From assembly GCA_965644295.1 (NCBI GenBank), contig CBFFRP010000444.1, positions 1 to 12,668 on the forward strand: DNA of 12,668 nt, read 5' to 3'. Position 1 is the stretch's first letter. Every line of letters begins with the position of its first letter. Made by a program: the position numbers and the translations under genes. Below, piece by piece: positions 1-8,308 of this stretch. This DNA is from Paraphysomonas bandaiensis (lineage: Eukaryota > Protista > Chrysophyceae). The notes below the pieces were generated by a model that saw nothing but the letters and a program-made list of their open reading frames with translations, made no database searches and was not told the DNA's origin.

Positions 1-371
1 AGGTAACGTTCTGCCCTCTCACAGCCGAATGCTTGCGTGGTACAAGAGACACTAATATTAGTGTCACATGTGTAGACGTCTTTGGGCTCTGACGAATTCA
101 CAGACATCGGGGTATTCGGGTGCCTGCTGAAGTCAAGCATCCGGGCTGTTCACCTTAAGGACTCAAAAATTCTGAAGTTAGCAGATATCGGGTATATCAA
201 CATGCTTGCTCACTGCGTTTGCTTTGAGTAGTAGAGCGAAAGTGGTTGCACCTTGGTGCTTGCGGAGATGCACAAGCAACGTTTTCGTAGCGCTAAATTA
301 GTTAAACTGTTTTGCTACATTAGTTCTGACTCTTACACCCCTATTTTGCTAAGAATAAGATATTCACTACT
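1..371 (-). repeat. Dispersed ~0.6-kb repeat, copy 1 (inverted relative to copies 2 and 3, truncated by window edge)
   Basis: The reverse complement of 1-85 is identical to 784-868. Similarity with indels continues to ~371, where AGTAGTGAATATCTTATT matches 500-517. Confidence 0.95.
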
Positions 372-497
372 TCTATATATTGTTTTTGTCTGATCCGCCT
401 CTATAGTATTTTAGTCTAACGAGACGCTACTTTCTCTCTGATTTCATGTTTAGTATACGTATACTACCTCATTTCTTTTGTTGTAAACCCACCGACA

Positions 498-1117
498 GTA
501 GTAGTGAATATCTTATTATTAACAGTAGTTATTAACTCTGATATCCGACTATTTAGCGCTACGAAAGCTGCTTGTGCGTCATCGCAAGCACCAAGATGCA
601 ACCACGCTTTATCACTCAAAGAAACGCAGTGAGCAAGCAGAATGTATGTTGATATACCTGACATTCTGATTTCAGGATTTTGAGTATGAGACTATGTCGC
701 ATATAGATGTATCTGATGAACAGCCCGGATGCTTGACTTCGGCAGCCACCCGAGTACCCCGATGCCTGTGCATTCGTCAGGGTCCAAAGACGTCTACACA
801 TGTGACACTAATATTAGTGTCTCTTGTACCACGCAAGCATTCGGCTGTGAGAGGGCAGAACGTTACCTGCTGACTATATGTTGCGGCTCACGCTAGTTTC
901 TCAGATAAATATCTCAGATACTTATCCCCCAGAACACCACGAACTTTGTTGAGGGGTGTAAAACACAAAATATTATGTATAAGTGATAATATTACGTGCA
1001 AGTATCAGAGTATTGGAAAGCGACTATATGTAAGTAACAAGCAAGAGGCACTTCTGTGTCTCTACATTAGTAGAACATATTTCTTATTCTGTATTCTCCG
1101 CACCACTAGAAAATAAA
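498..1117 (+). repeat. Dispersed ~0.6-kb repeat, copy 2 (possible decayed gene fragment or non-autonomous element)
   Basis: Aligns to rc(1-371). It also aligns to copy 3, clearly through CAAGAGGCACTTCTGT (ends 1057 vs 8826) and weakly on to CTAGAAA(A)TAAA. It contains the 18-bp palindrome GACACTAATATTAGTGTC at 804-821. Confidence 0.95.
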
Positions 1118-1653
1118 CGGAGATAGCACAAGGAAATAAAATTACCTCTCACTTCTAAAATATATCACAATACAATAACAGCATACTTTAGAGTTTACGT
1201 TTGCAGTTATATTATGATAAAGAGTCGAAAAGTTATATATGTCATCGTAGAGCAGAAATAATCTCTCTAATTGTATACCAAAATAAATGTACTAATGTAA
1301 ATATGTACTAAATCATGAACTTCTTCATTTAATAGCACGTTAGAATCCGTTAAAATTATAAACAATTAATTACAACTAGTGATATATAACACGGTATAAG
1401 CTAGAAAGTAAAATAAAATACATACTAAATTAAAAACTTATTTATATTTTTACTTGCTTGCATAAGGAATTAGGTGTTAATTACTCGAACTGTAAGTACT
1501 CGGAAGACATCTTCAAAATATATATTGAATTACTATATTAATATACCTCATAACGAAATGTCGAAACAATTCAAAGTAACTGATATTCTCAGGACAAAAT
1601 GCATGTGCATCACACAGCAGGTTTAGCCCGTTATTCGATTCCCATATGTCGAG

Positions 1654-2536
1654 CTATAGTTCAAAAGGGTTGACATCAGACTTTAATGTCTTCCCGTCAA
1701 CCACATTCATAACAAACGGCGGTTGTTTACGAAATGGAAGTGGACGATGAATTTTAGCATGCAGGACATCATCTTCAGTGTTAATAACAATTATATAGTT
1801 GGTCCCTGCCACAACTTGAGTAGTAAATCTGACCGCTTCAAACTTATTAAAAGTGCGACCCAGTTTGGATTCAATTTGTGGTTTGACTTGATCGATAAGA
1901 GCCTGTTCGTGAGCTGTGGCTGGTTGAAGTCTGCGATAGAATAATAAGAGAAAATATACACTTCTAAGTAGAGTTATATATGTATGTATATGTAAAGGTG
2001 TTCATATACGTATATATGTATGTGTGTATGTATATCTCTATATGTGTGTGTAGAGGGGGGTGTAACTCTCTCCCTGTATGTGTATATGTCTGCCTCTCTC
2101 TTCTCTCTCTATGTATGTATCTCGCTATATATGCATACATATATATGTGTGTAGGTCTATATATATACATGTGTATGTAGAGGAGTGTGTGTATGTATGT
2201 GTGTATCTCTCTCTCTTATGAGTGTATGTAGAGGGGTGTGTATGTGTGTATATCTCTCTATACATACATGCGCGTGTCTCTCTATACATACATGTGTGTG
2301 TATGTGTATGTATGTATGTGTATGTGTGTATCTCTCTCTATGAGTGTATGTAGAGGGGTGTATGTGTATCTCTCTTCTCTCTATGTGTGTGTGTGTCTCT
2401 CTATACATACATGTGTGTGTATGTATGTATGTATGTGTGTGTATGTAACTCACTCGGATCCAAAGCCTCCAGGTACATTAGCAGAACAACAAACCAACAG
2501 TGTGAAGAACAACGATAAACGAGATATAGAAACCAT
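1654..2536 (-). CDS. Cystatin, type 1 (stefin-like) cysteine protease inhibitor with predicted N-terminal signal peptide, 119 aa, 2 exons
   Basis: Exon 1 is 2536-2454 (MVSISRLSLFFTLLVCCSANVPGGFGS+GA, donor GTGAGT). The intron is 2453-1931 (acceptor CGCAG). Exon 2 is 1930-1654 (A+LQPATAHEQALIDQVKPQIESKLGRTFNKFEAVRFTTQVVAGTNYIIVINTEDDVLHAKIHRPLPFRKQPPFVMNVVDGKTLKSDVNPFEL*). Splice phases match (83+277=360 nt). It has the N-terminal Gly (VPGG), the QVVAG motif (1804-1818), an LP second loop, a stefin-like GKT..D...F C-terminus, and no Cys in the mature part. Confidence 0.95.
1975..2447. repeat. Compound TG/TA/TC microsatellite with higher-order blocks, filling the cystatin intron
   Basis: Runs of TGTA, TG, TA and TC with a recurrent GTAGAGG block near 2050, 2177, 2228 and 2350. 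It explains the spurious Y/V/C/M- and H/T/I-rich track ORFs here. Confidence 0.95.
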
Positions 2537-2581
2537 GACAACTTCCTTTGAAACAATCAGATGGTTGACTTTCCTGTTAAT

Positions 2582-2640
2582 TATATGTGTATATATATGT
2601 GTATATATGTGTGTATGTATGTATATGTATGTATGTATAG
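2582..2640. repeat. TA/TG microsatellite just upstream of the cystatin start codon
   Basis: Tract of TATATGTGTATATATATGTGTATATATGTGTGTATGTATG and similar. Confidence 0.9.
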
Positions 2641-3044
2641 ATAGATTGAGTCATATATGCTTTAGAAAATTAGATTTTTTTATATCAAATTATTCTAATT
2701 TTATATAGAATCTTATATATTCTGATCTATAAACCATGTGTTTTCGAATATTTTTTATAAAAAAGTTGAATTTTTTAATATTGATATTCTTGATGTGTGA
2801 AATGAAAGAATATCAAAAAGAAATGAAAGAATTTTCTATGTCTCTGCAAGATACGAAAAATCATTTAGAATATTTAATAATATCTAAAGAGAGTTAAGTT
2901 AAAGAATTGAAAGCACTGCAATCATGATATGGTCTATTGAATAACAACAATCAAACATACGGAATGGCAGCTACGAGTATGCCATAGTATGGAAACAACT
3001 CCAATATCTGTTGCATATATATGAAACTTCCGGATTCTTCCGTA

Positions 3045-3462
3045 CAGTGGTATTTCAAAAACTATTCAATATAAAAACCAAGATTTATTTTCAAAAAAAC
3101 AAAGTTTTCGAGGTCAATATTTTACTGGTTTTTTTATATGATATTTACTTGTGGCGATAGTTCGTAGTTCAGGAGAGCATACATGCCAACCATTCTTTCT
3201 TCACAAGATAAAAAACCTGGTTTTCAGTCATCAGTACTTGAAAATCCTTTATTTTTATACAACAAAATTTTGTAAAGTATAATTCTACAGTTTTTTTATA
3301 TATAAGTTATATGTGGCGATAGTTTTCCAGAGCATACTTACCAACCATTCTTTCCTTGTTTAATCACATAAACCCCATATTTCTAGTCGCCAGTATTCAA
3401 AAACCTTATACTTCTATATAACATAAGACTTTTATAAGTATATATTCTACAGGTTTTCATAT
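3045..3462 (+). repeat. Diverged tandem repeat of ~162-bp period (2 clear copies plus a partial third) in the divergent intergenic region
   Basis: GTGGCGATAGTT occurs at 3151 and 3313. AGAGCATAC...CCAACCATTCTTTC occurs in both units. A TAC(A/T)G(G/T)TTTT..ATAT anchor recurs near 3121, 3283 and 3446. Confidence 0.85.
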
Positions 3463-3590
3463 ATATTATTATCAAAATTCATTCTTATTTCCATACTTAA
3501 TCATTAAGTCATATATCAAAATTTATTCTATATAACAATAATTATAAGAATAGAATCAATTAAGATTATTAATACATTTAATTTAAACAA

Positions 3591-6500
3591 ATGGAAACAT
3601 CAAAATCTTTACAAAAACCATCATTACATCTTAAAATTGGTGAAGTCCCACAATATCCATTCCTGAAACAACCATTTGAAGTAGCTGTACATTTAATTGA
3701 AGATAATGGACAATTTAAATGCGGGTAATTGAAATAAAAAATATTTTATTAATATTTACATATTAAAAAATAGGGAAGAAATTGAATTAAATGCACAACT
3801 TTTCTTTGATGAGAAACCATTACGTGAATGTCCAGATAATATCGTGGTAAGTTATCGTATGCACTCCACTGTATGTATATGTATATGGGATTGGTAGTAG
3901 TTACTTATGTATATCATATAGTGGTAAGTTATCGTATGCACTCCACTGTATGTATATGGGATTGGTAGTAGTTACTTATGTATATCATATAGTGGTAAGT
4001 TATCGTATGCACTCCACTGTATGTATATGGGATTGGTAGTAGTTACTTATGTATATCATATAGTGGTAAGTTATCGTATGCACTCCACTGTATGTATATG
4101 GGATTGGTAGTAGTTACTTATGTATATCATATAGTGGTAAGTTATCGTATGCACTCCACTATATGTATAAGTATGTTAATTAAGTAGAATTATATGGAAA
4201 GTGTATCAGTTACGTAGTTATTGGAATTGTTATGTAGGAGTTTGAAAATCAAGATGGACCGATTATAATGCCTTCATCAGGCAGCACTTGTCTTCGTATG
4301 AAGTTTTTGGACCTCTCAATGAGATATGAAAATAAATCATTTGTACTTAAGTTAACTGCACAGAGAGATATAAACGGCATGTCTATAACTCCCGCAATAT
4401 CTGAGCCTATGTATTCTGTTAAACACAGATTATACATAGAAAATTCTGCGATACCGCTTGTATGGTACAAAGACGAAGGTGGACGGGACAAATGTATCGA
4501 GTTACACGTTTCTCTGAAAGATAGTATAAATGATATCATCGTTGCACGAACAGTTCCTCTGAAAGTTACATTGCTTTATGACTCGAAGCAGCCTGTAGTA
4601 CGACAAGATATCCTTAAAATAAACCCAGAAAACAAGCTTGTTATCGACGGTGGCAAAGCATTGCTGCGCATCCGCATAGAGGATGTGTCGAAGAATCACC
4701 AAAAGCAGAGTTTTGCCGTTCAAGTGGCGCCAGACACCATGAAACATCCGACAAACAGTGATATAAGCCCAGCAATATCTGCTGCAATAGAGATAAGAAG
4801 CAAGAGAAATAAAAGATCTAGAGATAGTGGTGGGTAGTGTGCGTATTGAGTGTGGTATAATTCAACATTTCATGTTATATATATTATAATGTCTCAATGT
4901 AGTGCAGCATATTCATTTGTATGGTAGCAGTATTGTTACTCAATGTATAGTCAAGAGTGCGACCGGGATACAGCTTGCCTTGTATTTCTGAAATATACAC
5001 ACTTACTTGGTTTTATTGTTACATCACTAGTGCAATCATCGTATCATCCCGCCACCATCCAAAGGACATCTGCAGGTACTGCTTTACTACACTTTGTATT
5101 AGGATAGTTGTGATATTTATGTTGCACAGTGTTAACTATTGTGCGTTCATATATGTTGACCTTTGTGTTGATGACATATTATATTCACTTTACTGCAACC
5201 TGACCACGTTTACCCAGATTCCTTTCATTCAGCTCCCAACAACACCAGCACTAGATCTCCCCGCAATTTACTGGGAAAGTCACAGTTTGCGGATTCGTTT
5301 ATTTCACCGTCGCCATCTTCGTCTCAACCTTCTCATCCTGCAGGGGGGGGTTCTGGCACACCACAAGAGGCCATGTCGACACTTGTGGAATGGATGACTA
5401 GTACCATTGAGACCGTGCGTAGTCTCCAGTGGCGTCACATCGGTACTGAAAGTCTGAATAATGGGGAAACTAGACCGCTGTTTATAATGAGTAATCCCAA
5501 CGCAGCAATTGCCGACGTTATCCAGAGGTACTCAGGCAGTGTGATCAATAATAGAGTACGGTGGCGAATATATATGACAGTGCATTGTTGATGTGATGAA
5601 TCTGGCGGTATATGGGGCAGTTAGAATATGTACTATGTACACACCACACATAATGCACATATGTTTCATTGTATTTTACTTGTACTCATTGTATATGACA
5701 ACAGGTACAACGAATGCGCGGTCCCGAACGCTACATATCTATTAAACGTTTTTCAAGCCCAAGACAAGCATTCGCAGACACATACTACATCCGCAAATAC
5801 TCAACACTCTCACCCTATTGTACATAGAACTGCAGGAAACAATGGTCAGAGAGACCGCAGTGATAGCTTTAATTTAGCGCTGCAAGGCTTATCGAAGTTA
5901 TCGTCGCAATCGGTTCCTAATGCAGAAAATAAGAGCGACGGTAGAATATCCAGTACGGCCACATCAATGTGTGGAACTGGATCCATCGGTCATCAAGTGC
6001 CTTCTTCGGCGGATTGTCACACATTTATAGAGGACAAATCTCAGGAGAATAATTACTCTTCGGCCCCCAATTCGACCGGAAACCAGTCATCCACACGGGA
6101 TAGTGTACCTGTACCTTGCAGGTCCCGCGAAGAGTCGGACTTCAACCTCCCTTCTATGCCCCCAGAGAACCCACAGTTAGCACGATGGACAACTTCTGAA
6201 ATGATAACTACGCTCAAAGACACATTAATGGGTGATGATGACGGGGATGTAAGTGACGATTTCTGCCCATAGAATTAATTGTGCAGTTGTTTACTTGCAA
6301 TTTATTCTAATATACAATTATGTAATTTAGATGATTAGCCCCAATGGAATTTATGTTCTCCTCACTAAGCAGCTCAAGCCAAACAAATCTGATGATTCAT
6401 TCCCGATTGGTTGCCTCGCATATGATTCCTCACTGAAGCTGATGGGCTTTGTTGAGGACATGAGTCGTAAAGATACTGTCAATTCTCAGATCTCATCCGA

Positions 6501-6711
6501 AATTGTGTTTCGGTCTATGAATGAGTACCCGTGTCGTGACCTCACGAGCAGTCAAGTTCAGTATGTGGAAGAGTTGCTACGACGCATTCTGGATTCATTG
6601 GATAGGCGAGATGTTGTTTATCGAGATGACTATGAATCTGAAAGTAGATTATTTGAAGAAGCTCTTATTAGATTATACGCAAACAAAGACGCTGTGACTC
6701 TATGTGTATGA
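3591..6711 (+). CDS. Uncharacterised ~692-aa protein with two tandem beta-rich (putative Ig-fold/velvet-like DNA-binding) domains, a basic NLS-like patch and Ser/Pro/Gln-rich linkers; possible transcription factor
   Basis: Hand-built exons are 3591-3724, 3774-3846, 4238-4829, 5031-5075, 5218-5527, 5705-6248 and 6331-6711. All introns are GT-AG, phases are consistent, and the total of 2079 nt ends in TGA. The model joins track ORFs 4268-4837, 5373-5591, 5628-6272 and 6331-6711. Motifs seen are WYKDEGG, RIEDVSKNHQKQSF and SKRNKRSR. The 45-nt exon and the donor at 4830 are the least certain parts. The function is inference. Confidence 0.85.
3844..4169 (+). repeat. Intronic minisatellite, 71-bp unit, ~4.5 copies, each unit starting with the exon-2 end and 5' splice site (GTG|GTAAGT)
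   Basis: Units start at 3844, 3921, 3992, 4063 and 4134. Unit 1 is 77 bp (extra GTATAT), units 2-4 are identical 71-mers, and unit 5 is partial. Confidence 0.98.
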
Positions 6712-7469
6712 CAACTTATCAAGCGTGTAGAAGAAATACGAATGAACTATACCACGGTGAGGCCGATAGAAAAATATGTTATGCTGCAGTGATTGCTGAA
6801 TATGTGTTTATGCCGTGATTAAAAGTAAGTCAAGAATAGCAGTCAGAGTTAAAATATAAGTAATTGTAATGATATCCCTTTTTCCGAGTGTAGATAGCGT
6901 GGTGGGTTTATAGTATATAGACAATATTTGTAGCCGTTATATTTTCTCAATATAACCACTCTCAATGGCGTTAAATTAATCAGATCACATAAGACAGATA
7001 GTAGTGTAATGTAACAACTGCTTGAAGAATACAGCAGTTGAAACAGTATTACATGAATTTATAATATATATTATATTGAGTATTGACCATTTTCAGATGA
7101 TTGAGATCGTTGTAAGAGAAGTTTAAGTTAGTCAAACTAGATAGATTACTTTATTATAATTGTATACTCAATTGTGTGTGTGTGTTGTCATGTAACACAT
7201 GTCAACAACATGATAAATTATTTCGTTCATGTCAACCACTGCTCAACTTCCGTATCTTGAATCGTCATGATATAATACTTCAGTTTCACAGTTATAGCTA
7301 TATAGCACCTTTGACTATTGACTACGTATTACTGTTTTTCAAATTGTATTTAACATATTCTACAGTACTATCTTAGAGAACCATACGTATTACAACATAT
7401 TATACTTCTGAATCTGAAATATATTAACAGTGTAAGGCAATGATGAAGGGTGTTTATCACAATTTTAAT

Positions 7470-8170
7470 TAGTGGATTATTGAGTCTGATAACTTTTCAG
7501 TTACTCCAGTTAAACCATCCCAGGGAAAGGGAAAAATATATTGCAATACTACTGTTAGATAGCGTTCCATCAATAGTATTGATGGAGTTTTTAAACCGGC
7601 CCTCTATTGCAATATTTTAGTACCTTTAATCAGTAAGTAAATTCAATTATTGGTACTTGTCATTAGGTCACTTGATAATCAAACCCTCTACTTCTTTTGT
7701 ACCCTACAGTTGAAGAGTTTTATGTATATAACTATCATATTGAACACTATTGTGAGCTACTTTAACAGAAACAATACTGATGGAATATTTGACCAGTCCA
7801 CCAAACAATATAATATTGTTACCAAACCCTGAACCATCCTATATAATATGTCAACTTCAAATGTGGTAGCAGATGGTAGTTGATATTTTGGAGTACCTGG
7901 GTTGGATTAGTTGGGGGTGATCCACTGGACTGGAAGAACGAGTAGTGAGGCCCGCTGATATTATAGCTATATGCAGAAAAGGGCCACAATAGGAGGCTCG
8001 AAAGGAAGGACACCTACAACCCGTATCAGAAGCTCTGGAAATTGATGATCAGTATTTCGGAGTGAAAGACAGTTTCCCCAATGATGGTCGAGAAGGGGCT
8101 GTTAGCCAGTGACTTGATGGCCTGATACGTTTTAGAGGATAAATCCAGTACGCAATAAAAAATTCACCTG
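7470..8170 (-). mobile_element. Possible highly decayed DIRS/Ngaro-like retroelement remnant (RT C-terminus plus RNase H)
   Basis: Sequence complexity and GC are higher than in the flanks. Broken minus-strand frames give, in the expected order, LDLSSKTYQAIKSL..FSTIIGETVFHSEIL, then DILY/DGSGFG (7821-7850, needs a frameshift), then PSILLMERYLTVVLQYIFPFPWDGLTGVTEKLSD. These loosely match DIRS 'L.SLIGKL.F...V', 'YTDAS..G' and 'SI..LEL..V......W.G....D'. There are many stops and frameshifts, and the match is by eye only. Confidence 0.3.
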
Positions 8171-8308
8171 GAGAGCTAGAATGCGCGGCCACTGGCCGAT
8201 TGAACTGTATTAGCCCTATAATTCAGTATATTGTCTAAAAGCTACTTCATAGCATAGTCTTAACTTTATATATTTCATTAACTACAGCATGATGCAAGTA
8301 TATCGATA

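Noticed and set aside
70-135. Hammerhead ribozyme (CTGACGA at ~89-95 followed by a hairpin; CTGATGA also at 713-719)
   Set aside because: No GAAA closes stem II and no convincing stems I/III were found. The CTGATGA in copy 2 arises from a private insertion.
498-1117. Fanzor/TnpB omega-RNA locus, MITE or Helitron identity for the dispersed repeat
   Set aside because: No RuvC/zinc-finger motifs, TIRs or TSDs are visible. Similarity between copies continues past the 3' CTAG, so it is not a clean Helitron end.
1723-1944. Plus-strand 73-aa ORF
   Set aside because: It is the antisense shadow of cystatin exon 2.
1964-2708. Track ORFs rich in Y/V/C/M or H/T/I
   Set aside because: They are translations of microsatellite in and around the cystatin intron.
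3844-4169. CRISPR-like array
   Set aside because: The units are identical head-to-tail copies with no unique spacers, lie in a eukaryotic intron, and have no cas genes nearby.
4957-5397. 146-aa plus-strand ORF
   Set aside because: It spans predicted introns and reads the exons out of frame relative to the phase-consistent gene model.
5526-5708. Introner/transposon-derived intron (AGGTAC repeated at both junctions)
   Set aside because: The direct repeat is largely splice consensus, there are no terminal inverted repeats, and no similar intron occurs in the window.
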